Source: Iphione sp. A-MEVVRFRX5 | Taxonomy: Eukaryota | NCBI GenBank assembly: GCA_976226885.1 | Contig: OZ320314.1 | Coordinates: forward strand, 31,496,001 to 31,560,000 | Direction: 5' to 3' | DNA: 64,000 bases | Shown: positions 23,698 to 36,194 of the stretch, piece by piece | Position numbering within the stretch: the first letter of the stretch is position 1 | How the letters are laid out: every line of letters begins with the position of its first letter | Position numbers and translations under genes: made by a program | The notes under the pieces: model-generated | Database searches by the model: none | What the model saw: only the letters and a program-made list of their open reading frames with translations | Told to the model about the DNA's origin: nothing

Positions 23698-25199
23698 ATA
23701 CCCTCGGGAAACAATATATGATATCAATCACCTGCATCACCGTTGTCCAAACATGTTGTAGATGAAGTTTATTACCCCCGCAGGTGAATAGATAGGATCG
23801 CCCCATTGCACATGTACTAATATGGGCATTTTCGAGACACTGATGATTATCCCACAATGTCAGATGTTTCACAATAAATACATGGACATCAAAAAGTACA
23901 TACTAATTATTTGGATTCCTTTCACAAGAAGGGTGCATCGTCTGATGTGAACTTGCACCGTGGATATGAGGTCTCAGGCAGGCACCAGACAATTCCACGT
24001 TCCTCTTTACAGGTTCCTTTTCACGATTGGTGAATTCTTCTAATATTTGCAATTTAATTTATCCTCTATGGGGGAGATGGGGCTGCCTTTAGTTTCTTTT
24101 GGTTTTTTTGTTTGTTTTTTTCTCCATAACAGTAGGAAATCAGTATGCTAAAGCTCTGCAGTGAAATCCTGCTGGTGGCTTTCACGGAGCCGTACGGAAA
24201 ATATCATATCTTCACTGATGAGGTCCTAATCACCTATACACGCCAAAGATTTCATAAAGGATTCAGCACGTTCCATTAATGTTTTGTTGGGCAAAATTAC
24301 CACCTCTAATTGACACATAGCTGTACGGTCACGTAGCCACACCCACCCATCACAATGTGACAGTCATACTTTCACTACGGTCACATACAATTTTCAAAAT
24401 TTTAGAAAAAGGTTTCTTGTCATAGTATCAGTGTGCTGCACTTTCTAATATACTTTGAATATAAATATAGATGCCTCAGCATGTTTGCAATGGATATGAT
24501 GTCTATACATTAACATAACCACATAATAACATGTGACAGTCATAATTATAATACGGTCACGTGCGAGCAATAGTGTCGCTCGAATGTCATCTACACGGAT
24601 TGGTTACACAAGTCACATGACAAAGTAGCATAATGTCATTGGCTATGGAACACTTCGACAGATATCATGACCATAAAACATGTCGTCCTGTCAAACAACA
24701 ATGTGTCAACTGGATGCCAGCTAAATTGAATCTACGTCACGTTTGTCATCGGCACTTTGTTATTAGTCGTTTGAGAATGTGTTGTAGATCATGGTTTTGA
24801 GTTACACTTCTCCGGTTAGGATCGAAACGGAACAACCCGTAAAAGGTTGATAGATTGGTTTTTGTTTTAAGAAATGATATTATAGCGATCCAGCCGGGGA
24901 TGATTTTGCTCCGAAAGGCTTTCCCTCAACGTAGTTAGAGTAATGTCTCCCCTATTTTACCGCATCAACTCTAGTCATGTCATCGTTCCTAGACTGGCAT
25001 CTCAAAGTCAACGCCTTCCTACAATGCCTCAGCCTTTATTCTATATGTAATATTCATCTGAGTCCTTGACGTTCGGAATCCTGCACAGGCCATATACCAT
25101 AGATCTCCATGTAAATACCACAATGCTATGATGCTGTCATCCTTTAATTCCAGCCTCTATCCTATTTTTGAGGGATTGATCGCAAAAGCGTTGGGTTCT

Positions 25200-25275
25200 T
25201 AATAATAATAATAATGATGATGATGATGGTGATAATAATAATATTAAAAACAATAATAATAATAATAATAATAAT
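25200..25275. repeat. (AAT/GAT)n microsatellite
   Basis: Directly visible trinucleotide runs. Confidence 0.9.
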
Positions 25276-25346
25276 TTAAAACACATAATACAACCATGAC
25301 ATCTGTGATGTTCTTGTCATAACGGACCTCCTGGGGTTTTCTCCAG

Positions 25347-25424
25347 GCCGCTCTCACCCCGCCTTCCGCAAAGCCCGTATCATGGGCGTGCTTAACGCTA
25401 GCCTGGGGCGTCTCCAGGATGACA
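25347..25424 (+). CDS. Repeat exon R1, phase 1-1 (RSHPAFRKARIMGVLNASLGRLQDD)
   Basis: ggttttctccag acceptor, A|gtgagt donor, 78 nt, peptide homologous to R2-R6. Confidence 0.85.
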
Positions 25425-25940
25425 GTGAGTAGAACAGTGGTGCATGACACAGCAGGACACCCCGACACCCAGCTCGCTGCAACAAATATTTGGTGTTGTT
25501 TTTTTTTTGCAGAATGTAAATATTTGCTTGTACATGTGTACGCGAACACTAAATTCAATATGGCAGTAGAAAATCCCAAATAGGCAGCATGTATTTTCCT
25601 TATACATTCAACTGATCAGCTTCTCTGAAAGGCTGCTTTCCCTTCAATGGCAGTAGTGGTAGCGGGAGTCTTTTTCTATGAGAAAGGGTACAGAGAACTA
25701 TTTCCAAATCTAACTTGAAATGTATAGTAACCGTTTTGTGTTCCGCCATGGGATCTACAGGTCGGGAGGGTTGGAGTGGCATGACAAAAGGACTAGACTT
25801 ATGAAAGTGTCAGATATGATGTTGTACAAACGGACGGTTGGATATTTGTGTTTAGAAATAATGATACTAACATGGATCCTTTTACAACGGCTTTATGGTG
25901 CAACAAACTGGATCCGAGCACAGTAGATTTATAAACGCAA

Positions 25941-26640
25941 AAGGGAATAGTATGCAAAATATTTGTTTGTAATTTATGAACAGATTTGATTTTTTTCGTG
26001 AACTTGAGTAAATAAGTGAGTGGCCTTGCATGGTAAATAAGTCATACAAATCTCCTTATTAAGCTATCTCCTCAGTTTCATACCAGCAATTATTCTCCCT
26101 GGTTTATGAAAATAGCTTTTGTATACAAAGATGTAACTACTATTAAAGGTATTGCTTCTGCGTACTTATCACTGTGCACACATAGTGAGCAGATATTTTG
26201 TAGGAATGTATCATATATCTTACTACGTTACTCTAGTGCCTGGACCTCAGTGCATCTACCTGTGGTCATACGTAAGAAGAAAGAAACTCAATGGGAATAG
26301 TATGCAAAATATTCATTTGAAATTTATGAACAGATTAGAAGTTTCTTTGTGAACTAGAGTACATGAGTGAGTGGCCTTGCATGGTAAATAAGTCATACAA
26401 ATCTCCTTATTGGGTTATCTCCTCACTTTCATACAGGCAAATATTCTCCCTGTTTTATAAAAATAGCTTTTGTATACAAAGATGGAACCACTGGTAAAGG
26501 TATTGCTTCTACATGCTTATCAATTTGCACACATAGTGAGCAGATATTTTGTAGGAATGTATCATATATCTTACTATGTTACTCTAGTGCCTGGACCTGA
26601 GTGCATCTACCTATGGTCATATGTAAGAAGAAAGAAACTA
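25941..26640. repeat. Tandem duplication of an about 350-bp segment (2 copies)
   Basis: gggaatagtatgcaaaatatt...gtaagaagaaagaaact occurs at about 25941 and about 26291 with scattered substitutions. Confidence 0.9.
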
Positions 26641-27909
26641 AACAGGAAGAGACATGTATTAATTTCAATCTGCATGAATACTGCACAAAAGTTTTAGGGA
26701 CATTGAATATGCTTGCTCAGACATATGGCATTAAAAACCTACTTTGCACTTGAAAGGTTATCAATTGTCAAGAATCCCTTTATCCCGGACGTTACTGATG
26801 AGGCTTCTTTTGGCCTTCGTATGTGTCAGAAGTATCCGGTAAAAATGGGGATTAAGAGCTATTATACTGAGTAACAATAAGGCTGCATGTGGGAATGGCT
26901 GGATATTAACATTCAAATTTAAATAGTTCAGTGTGTCTGTAGAGATTTCAACCCTGGATTGTGGCAATACAGTAGAACGCCCCTAGTCAGGACACCTTTG
27001 TTTTTTCTCAAACTCTCCCTTGATATATAGAAATTATAATGTGTTTTTTTTTCAATAACATTCCCACTAGAGGCATGTTGCAATGAACCAATTGCTGAAT
27101 GTTGAAGTAACGGGTAGCGCAGACACAATTGTCACTGAATTTTGACATTGTCACAGTTTTAAGTGATTCGATTGGCCAGTTCCCATGAGTACGTCATAAT
27201 TAGTTAAAGTTATGTCCATGGTAACCGTTACTTAAACATTCGGCGATCGGCTCATTGGAGACATATCTTCAAGCCGGCTTCCTGGGTGTCCCTGGTAATG
27301 GACAAATATGCATCACCACTGGTATATTACAGACTAATAATCATAAAGAATTTACTTAAGCATTTTGAAGAGTTAAAACCTCATTGGAAAACAATCTACA
27401 CACTTTTCTCTTGCATGTACATCTATAGCCGTAGCGGTTTGTAGAAAGGGACGTACGATTTCGACGTGTGAATGCGCTTGAATTGTGTATTTCGTTGATA
27501 TGTGTCACTTGGCAATTTAAGATAAGACACAGTCTGTGAATTTGCGTTATCATCTAGACCGAAAGAACTCAATTTGAATCATAAAATATTTCAAGCTTAA
27601 CATGAACGATGTCTACTTCGCAATCGTTTTTGTCAGTTTTCATATAGATTTTTAACATCTTTTTTCCACTGGAATATGTTACATACAGTTTGCATATTGT
27701 TTCAGTAACAAAACTATTCGTGGAATACTTGTACTATGAGCATGGTACAATGAGCTGTGTACAGCTGTATGAGTTTGTACATGATATGAGTAATTCGAGA
27801 GAAATGAAGGATTTTCCGTCATGATAATATTTGTAAATAGTTTCCATAGCGAGACAAAGTATAGTATGCTTTCTATCTGTACATCATGATTTGTTTAAAC
27901 CCATGTGAG

Positions 27910-28014
27910 GTCCGAGTGCTAGTTCTACCCGAGGATCCATAGGTAGGGCAGGACTACGGAAGGCACGCATGCTCGGAAGTTTGACAGCAGGTTTTGGCTC
28001 TCAGAAGGGGGCAA
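27910..28014 (+). CDS. Repeat exon R2, phase 1-1 (PSASSTRGSIGRAGLRKARMLGSLTAGFGSQKGA); alternative acceptor would start it at 27943
   Basis: Strong A|gtaagt donor and conserved motif. The acceptor is either tgag| (105 nt) or ccatag| (72 nt); both are phase 1. Confidence 0.8.
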
Positions 28015-30790
28015 GTAAGTACATTTATGCGAACATGATTGTTACTAACATAGCTAGTGTATAATACTAACGCATGTTTACTCAATAGATGTGCCATCAC
28101 CTAGAGTCAGTGTTATTGCAATTTGTTCGCTTTAGAGCGAACCTGCGTAGGGAACTCTCATCCGGGAATGTTACGATGCACTGCATGCTCATTTACGTTG
28201 TTTTAGCGTTGAAAAAACTGAAGACGAAAAAAAGGATTGAGCATGACCAGATTGTGCGCATTTTCAATGAGCAATCAGCTACTTTGATTTGAAAACGGCT
28301 TGCGTGACGCTACCTCGATGCACTGACAGGCCACAGTGATCCTCAGTATACCTCAAGGCGATAGATATTCATCTGCATAAAGTAGAAACGACTGAATAGT
28401 AAATAAACGTGTTGTTCTGGAGAGGTAAGAAAGTACTAAAGCGAACAGACGGTTGATATTTATCATATTTCACTTCTGTTGCCTGAATGGGACCAGTCAT
28501 CGTGGCCGGTAGCGATGATACTCTCATCCATACGGTTACTGCTTATACTCTCTGACAGATATCCATTACTTATAGCATCTCAGCTTCAAGATTATCTCTC
28601 CAGGAGTGTTCGACATTAGTACGTTGGTTTATCACTCCGGATACCCTTCCACCCTGCCCATCATAGGATGCCCTCTGCATCGCATGACATTTATCCTGCG
28701 TTAAGTTGCATCCCAGACAAGGGCCAGCGTTGGCACCGCCTTGGCGGACTGACACATCGGTCATGCTGATTACTGGGCAAAGTGTGCAGGCTGGTTAGCG
28801 GCCTGAGTGGAAGGAGGTGGCGGGTGGGGGGGAGCGCGGGTGGGGTGGCTGCGGGGGAGCAGGACTGGGAGGAAAACCTGCTAGAGAAGAGGCCCTCCAT
28901 TTTGCCTTGTCCTCGTTTGCTGCTTGCGACTTCAGCGAGAGGCATAATCCTTGTACTCGTCTCCAGCAGAGAGCACCTTAAACGGAGCACTTCACACGCG
29001 ACTGTGAGGTAAAAGAGCAAAAAAAACCCCCAAAATCAGCGTAATAACATGACTTTTAACTGTTGGAAGATGGAATATACAGCATACCATATCACTGGAC
29101 TGCAGTTTTGGCGCTGGGTTTAGATTGAAATTGTTGGAGAAAGCTTAATGTTTAATGTGCAATGTACATTCACCTCTCATCCTCGACCGTTTTAGTTGTG
29201 TAGAAAAAGGGTTCGATCTGTTATCAAAATTCTGGGTCTGGACAACTTTGTTGAGTGTTTACATAATTTTTATGTATAGGGTTATATTTATATAGTGTAC
29301 ATGTATGTGAAACATTGCTTTAATGGCTGAAAAGTGGTAAATTATTTTGTTCAAAAATGAAAAAAATACTGCAGATATTATTATCGTCAAATACTTCTGG
29401 AATTGAAGCAATCCGGCCAATGTTGCCTTCATTCTTGAAATCATTCGTTTATCTCACGTTTCAGGCAACGGTCTTATAAATATGTAACAACTGGGTACCA
29501 AACCTACAGAACATATAAATGGATGTGAGCGGACTGTATATTAAAGGGAACCGCACCAGTCGTTATGGCTTTTGCTTGCGGTTGTGAGCAGCTGAGTAAT
29601 TAGAAGCTTAGGAATAAGCACAACCGAATCCCACCCGTCGATTGTTATGACAAAATATAAAGGTCGGCGAGACATTCGGTCTGTCCGAGGAGTAGCTGCA
29701 AACAATAACGTGAAGGGACCCATCGGACAGGCATATGTCTTATTCTATAGGATATTTTACCATTTGTTACCGTGGTATCTCACTAAACAACGTTTCATCA
29801 ATGGACGGCCTGGCCTCGGAAGAAAACACCGACGCAATTTGATTGCTGTCCACGACTGGATCTTTATTACCAGGCGTCAGAGAGGTTTTACGCTGTGCAT
29901 GGGGGCCGATGCCGCTCGCCTCCCGGTTATTTGTGGCTAGCCGTGTCGGAGGCAAAAAACACCGCGATGCAACTAATCACAACGCCGACAAGCCTTTAAG
30001 GTCCAAGCCTGTTGATTGTTGGGGCCTGTACCATTTCATCAGGCATATGCTACTTAATAGAGGAAATAAAACAACTTCATGCTACCTAATAGAGGGGAGA
30101 AAACCATTCTAACTGCACTTTCCACTATGCTAGGTGCTTAGCTTAATAGAACTAACAATAATTGGTTTACTTGGTTAAGCACTACGTGAGATGTCATTTC
30201 GATTTGTATTTGATTGGGTGAATACAATTGCGAGTTGCCACATTCAATAATGAAGTATGCCATACGCAACAACCAATCAATATAAGAATCCAAAGCCACG
30301 GTATTATGATGTTATAAAGATCTGAAAGCTGTATAGATATGGAGTGTGATAAAGACTCTCCAGAGACAGACAAGATGCATTTAAATTTTAATCTATCATT
30401 GCTATCTCGGTACCGTTCTGTTGATAACGCAACACTTAAATAATCATTATGGGTGACTCATTTTCAATCCTGCCTGTGAGTGCAACAGTCGCTGTCATAG
30501 GATGAATAAGTAAACATATACATTGTAGTAGGTAGTCAATCTAGCATGCGGTTGCTATTCAAGACCAAAGAGGAAGCAGCTTTCTGTTCAATAGGATTAA
30601 TGTCGGTAATCCATACAAGACGTAGAACGGTTTTTAAGGTCATAAACCACCCGAAACAGTACATGAGTATGATTCAGGGTTTCCAAGGAACACACAAATA
30701 TAACATCCGTATCCGTTTGGGTATATCATCCTATCGTAGATTGGCTTCACGCATGTCATGTTACTACCGTTTTTTAACTCACAATCAAAG

Positions 30791-30886
30791 CCCCCAGACC
30801 GGCTGCCTCGGTGGATCGACACGCCGCCTTCAGGAGGGCACGTGTCATAGGTGCGCTGTCATCAGGCTTCAGTCAGGCATCGCCAA
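30791..30886 (+). CDS. Repeat exon R3, phase 1-1 (PRPAASVDRHAAFRRARVIGALSSGFSQASP)
   Basis: caatcaaag acceptor, A|gtaagt donor, 96 nt, conserved motif. Confidence 0.85.
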
Positions 30887-32149
30887 GTAAGTGAATCTTG
30901 CGAAACTTCGATCTTCTATCAACGTGCTCAGACTGGCCTTGGAACACTTTAACCGGTTTTTTTTCCGACGGGCTGGTTATCCTAAGTGACCGAAGAGCCA
31001 TTGGCTCAACTTTGAAGTGTCCCCACCCAACGACGACACTCACATCATTTCCAGTGAATTTCACTGATATGTCCATTACTCAGATATCTGCGTTGCTCAG
31101 ATATCCTAGGTGTATTCCTGTGAAGAATTCATCAGTAGATGTACATGAAAGACCGAGTAATCAATGAAGAGGTCCGGGTACTTGCTGCGCTTTTCCTCCC
31201 GTTAAGAATCGGTGACGTCTGACTTTGTGTTCAGTTACAGACGCAAAATAGGTATTTGCAGCAATGTGCAGATTGAAATTCAATTCCTGTGCCATTTTGT
31301 ATGTCTTTATACTTGATATCCATTGGGCATGCTGAGGTGCTGTCACTAATTTTAAGAAAATAAATGATCAACTATCGCTGCCTGATAATTCATATTCATC
31401 TCAGTTCCATCTTTTCTTCATTTCAATGCTCATTATTATGTTAATCAGTTCCCACAGTAAGATGTGTTCCTTATGAAAATTGGTCGTCATTGATTTACAC
31501 CATTTAATTAGAAGCCAATAATTCTAGCTCATGCCACCAACAGTCGACGTCTGAATGGCTTCAGGATAATATAAGCAGTCATTATTGGTGAATGGTGTTC
31601 CTCTCTTAAGAATCCTATTGACAACCTGTGAACATTCGGGGGCCCTAATTGCCGCTGGTGTATGGAACAGGCTTAATCCAAGGATTCTTTCTTAACCTTT
31701 GTTTCACTGCGAAACCAGGGCCTTGTATTTCCTCACAGATTCTGAGCAATTAATGAATCGTACATTGATATCCAGAGAGGAATGGATTGGACCTGTGCAG
31801 AGTTACAAACCATTCTAGAAACGGTTGTATAGAGTGCACCTGCAAATGGAAGAAAGGGCATTCTTTACTTTCGACATATTTACCTGATCGAAAGTGCTAT
31901 ATAGGCCTACATATACTGTATTGCGAAAAACTTCTTACATTTTATCAGATTAGTGTTGTAAGAAAACTCACCAGCAAAGCCTACGCCATAAAAGGGTCTT
32001 CCATACAGGATGGCTTTCACATGTAGATAGCAGTCGTGAGTTGAACAGGTCCCTGCGGTACTTTTTATGCCATCTCAGCATCTATGAATACTATCTTATT
32101 TCAAACAAAGTTGAAGAGATCTTATTCATATCGCTATATCTATACCCAG

Positions 32150-32245
32150 AGGAAAGGGCCCCAGTTCACCAGCCTGGTAACCGGCTCGCTGGTCTACGAA
32201 AGGCCCGGATAATGGGAGCTATGACAGCAGGCATGAGGAGCTCAT
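32150..32245 (+). CDS. Repeat exon R4, phase 1-1 (ERAPVHQPGNRLAGLRKARIMGAMTAGMRSS)
   Basis: tatacccag acceptor, T|gtgagt donor, 96 nt, conserved motif. Confidence 0.88.
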
Positions 32246-33027
32246 GTGAGTAAATTCTTTAGTAGATATAGTGTGTAGGTGAGAGGATCCAGTAAACACT
32301 AAATCATACTAACACAGATGTACAAGAACATGGATTAATTGGCTCCACTAGTGTATTTAACATGCCGTTTCTTATTTAACCTAAATTCAAGTGTCGGCGA
32401 CCTGCTTCTCCAAATCGTACAGTTACGTTCCACGAACACCATACGTATTGAAATAAATGGGTTAGGTTAGAGTAGAAAGGCTCGATGTATATTTACTAAC
32501 TTGGCATGCTTAAGTCTGATGAATATGCACGATCTAGATTGAAATAGTACCGTGACTTAAACAGCATGCTACCACTGCCCTAAATAGAAGGCAATGCGCT
32601 CCGGATGCATTAAGACGAACGAACAGCACCAAGCTGAACTAATATGCATGGATTTGCATGTAAAATAATACTCTCTAACATACAGATTTATTTTTCGTGC
32701 ACGGACTTCGACTTCACCTTTTGCTTTTTGTTCTGACCGCAGCATTCGAGGCTCTTTAATGAAATAAAGAATATAAAAAACTGCCTCTACTTCAAAAGAA
32801 CCGAGCGGCAAACATGTAGCGGATCAGCAGAAAAGAAATTATATCAAATTAATTCGTCATGTAAACTAAGGCAATTTGGCGAATGTCTGAGCATCGTTTT
32901 AGTAACATTTTCACCTGACCATGTATGCCCTGGGACGAATCTTTTATGTACAACACTGACAATTAATGACCAGTCGCTGGCGGAGAGATGGCTTTTAATG
33001 GCATTTCCCTTTTCGAACGTACGCAAG

Positions 33028-33123
33028 ATAATGACACACATACTGGACAACCTGGAAATCGCCTCGCTGGTCTGCGGAAAGCCAGAGTGATCGGGACCAT
33101 AGCGGCCGGATTCAAAGGAGCAG
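33028..33123 (+). CDS. Repeat exon R5, phase 1-1 (NDTHTGQPGNRLAGLRKARVIGTIAAGFKGA)
   Basis: ttcccttttcgaacgtacgcaag acceptor, CAG|gtaaat donor, 96 nt. Shares QPGNRLAGLRKAR with R4. Confidence 0.88.
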
Positions 33124-33967
33124 GTAAATAAAACCTCACGGGGATAACTCATAAGGTGTACTCCACTTGACCTGGCACGCACAACACATTACTCCGGAAT
33201 GAATATTAATCTTAAACATAAACAGAACCCACAAAGGTACGTCCAGTGAACATTTCTATAATGTATTTTGAGTTAAAATCGTTTCATCATGACGACTGAT
33301 GTGACGATAACTAGATTATCAAAGCTCATTATCATAGCAATAAGTAATATGCACGGTGCTGGTGATCAAAGAGAAAATTCATTCATAGAAAACATGTTCC
33401 TTTTGAAGCCACATTAATGCAATTAATTTAATCCCTCGCTAGACACAGTTAATAATAATTATGAATTAAATACGTGCCAGTGACGTGGTTACCTGACTTT
33501 TGTATTTTCACTGAAGGCTATTTAACGACGGTGAGTCACAAAATTCACACATTAGTTAAGGCGTCAGTTTTGAATTGCTTTTTGTACGGGAGGGATTTTC
33601 AACCAAAGATTTATTATCTTTACGTTGATGATGTCAGCGTTTCGGGATGGTCAACTACAGCTGGTGGTTATTTCATTGGTATTTGAAGATTGATTAAATA
33701 ATTATGGTTCAGAGAGAAAAGAGGGAGGAAAAGCCTGTAGGCCAGCAAAAGTAGCTAAAACACATCAGGAGATGGCCAGAGCGAGCTTAATAGCTGCAAT
33801 AGGAGGTTCTTAAGTTCGCCGTTCTGCCACTCCCCTACCCTTCACCCCCACCCACCCACCCCACAAAAAGCACACATTCTCACCCTGTATTATCGAATCC
33901 TCTCACATCGTCATACACTGTCGGAAACCGCGCGCTTTCCCGCTCCTCGTCTACGTCAAACTCTCAG

Positions 33968-34063
33968 GGCAGGACGTGGGCGGCGGAAGTTCAGCTGCTG
34001 GCTTCCGGAAGGCTCGCGTCATTGGAGCGATCAGTGCGGGCATGGCTCATGCCGAGATTGAAT
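33968..34063 (+). CDS. Repeat exon R6, phase 1-1 (QDVGGGSSAAGFRKARVIGAISAGMAHAEIE)
   Basis: aaactctcag acceptor, T|gtgagt donor, 96 nt, conserved motif. Confidence 0.88.
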
Positions 34064-35450
34064 GTGAGTTCAAAACCGAATCCTCCAGATTCAAAGCGAA
34101 AAAATTAGGCCGTAGACCTGTAGACGATTTTTATGTCATTAACCAGCATGATTAAATCATTTCTGGAGTAGGTTGCTTTCATTTAGTATGCTGTCCATCC
34201 ACGTTATCTGACACGAATAGAGATATTGTCGGTTAATGAATTCTTATATTAGAGTAGAGTTGTAAAAGCTGCAGATGTGCATGTAAATGCCACTATTTTT
34301 TTTATTAGGGAAATATGTTACAATCATTGGACTTGTATTGCATTTCTTTGCAATATTACACACTTTCGCGGCATTTGTCTCAAATTTATCTAGATAATAA
34401 TCAGCAATTCAAGTAGAATTCAATTTTAGGAACTTGACGTACTCTCAGCATTCCTGAGAAGCACCGTAGAATCTAGAAAGCAACACCATTATTATCATCT
34501 TTAAGGGCTTATTTACAAAAGTGTGCGCTGCTTAGAGTAACATTTTTAGGCTGAAGAGGTTATAAATCTCACGAATATATGATACAACCATGGTGTATCT
34601 ACTAGATCCTGAACAACCAAAAATCACAGGCATAGAGGGTGGTCGTAAGGCACACGTTACTGTTATTTATGAATTCCTGCATTAGACCCATTTCCTTGCA
34701 TGCGAGTTTGACACATGTTTGCATGCATGCATGTGTGTGGGTGGGAATTCTGTCATTTTAGCACCTGTTCTTGGGCCCTTAAACATACGAGCCTTCATTG
34801 GGTGCGTGCGTGTCACGGTGTTTCCCAAGATGTATGTACGTATGTATGTATGACGATATGTATATATGGATGCGTATTTCATACAAAATGTGAATAAATT
34901 GTGTCCTTGATGTGCACATCAAACCCAATCTGTGTAAAGTGCCCATATTTACACAAATCTCAATTTGAGCCTAACCGGGACCTTAATAGCCATTTTCTAT
35001 ATGACTACTGGATGTCAGAGCATATGTGCATGAAAGAAATGGACACTGCTCATCATTATGGACATCATAAAAATACATTCTCATCCAATGGACATCTGGA
35101 AATATTTCAGTTCATTTTAATAATGCTGAACATTCAAGCATGTGCATACCCATGCCCATGCATGCAGTTATGGAAACCTGACCTGAGACTGTTGCAAGAA
35201 AGATTCTGGTGCATGAGGCCTCAATGTAGACTCCTTTTTTCAGGATGGATTCCAATGAGCCAATCGCTGAAGTAACACCCACAGTGTTACTACGTATATG
35301 TTTACCATTTTTGGTGACAATATCGCAATTTACTGCAACCTGATTGGTCCAAGTTCTGTTATGATGTCCCAATGACATCTGCAGTTCCCGTTTTTTCAAC
35401 CTTTTCTGGCCTGTCCATTCTTTATGTCATATCTGTTAAAAGAAGTCCTG

Positions 35451-36194
35451 GGGCCGGTTCCTCAATTAGGAGTGATCCCAAAGATCAAGTTTGGTGGATC
35501 AGGACTGATCTTTGGAACAGGCTACAAACCAAATTTGATCCAAGTTCATTATTATGCAACTAGGTTAATCTAGTTGATGTGGTTCCATTGTGAACATGGT
35601 ACATTTTCAAACAGTCATTGGTTTCTTGATATTAATCACAGAATAACATACTACAGCTCATTAATGATCCCTTAATAATGATCAGATTTGTCGGGGCATC
35701 AAACTCATATGAAAGGTAAGGATCTAAGGAAGAAAATGAGGCACAACATGGCTCTTTATTTCCATTATCAAGGATTCTGTGGCCCTGTAAATTTTGCCAC
35801 CGACTCACTGTAAAAATCACTGCAAATCGGCCACTAGCAGTAAAGGCTGTCAGTGAATCAGAGAGAGAGAGTGTGTGTATACATGTGTGTATGTGTGTGT
35901 CGGTTTGGTCACTAGCATCCATTTGGTGTGTCTTTTATTAAAATTCAACCAGAAGAAGTGATGGTATTGCCACTGATTAGTTGTATAGATCAACTTAATC
36001 CCCCTCATTAGTAGGATCAGGTTGATCCAGGATCAAAGTGCATTGGGGAACACTTTTTCAAGGATCAATGTGGGAAAAAGGATTACTTCTTGATCTTTGG
36101 GATCAACCCTTATTGAGGAACAGAACTGAATTGTATTAATAATAGATCCACGGATCAGGCTAAATCATGATATAAATTTTGATTGAGGAACCGC
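35451..36194. mobile_element. Probable non-autonomous DNA transposon with short TIRs
   Basis: Left ccggttcctcaat, right attgaggaaccgc; internal repeated gatcc/ggatc motifs and an (AG)n(GT)n tract. Confidence 0.5.

Noticed and set aside
24886-24930. Extra repeat exon (IQPGMILLRKAFPQ)
   Set aside because: Only QPG and LRKA match, spacing is wrong, the second half of the motif is missing and the donor is weak; could be chance.
25280-25530. SINE or Penelope-like 3' end on the minus strand next to (ATT)n
   Set aside because: No A/B boxes; the GC-rich part is explained by plus-strand exon R1.
28691-29020. Pro-rich minus-strand ORF / possible LINE ORF1
   Set aside because: Driven by a G-rich low-complexity tract; no domain motifs and no adjacent ORF2.
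33900-34063. Promoter with ETS (CGGAAG) sites and a start exon MAHAEIE
   Set aside because: The same bases form the 96-nt repeat exon R6, with a proper acceptor and the conserved RKAR motif. An internal promoter is not excluded but is not needed.
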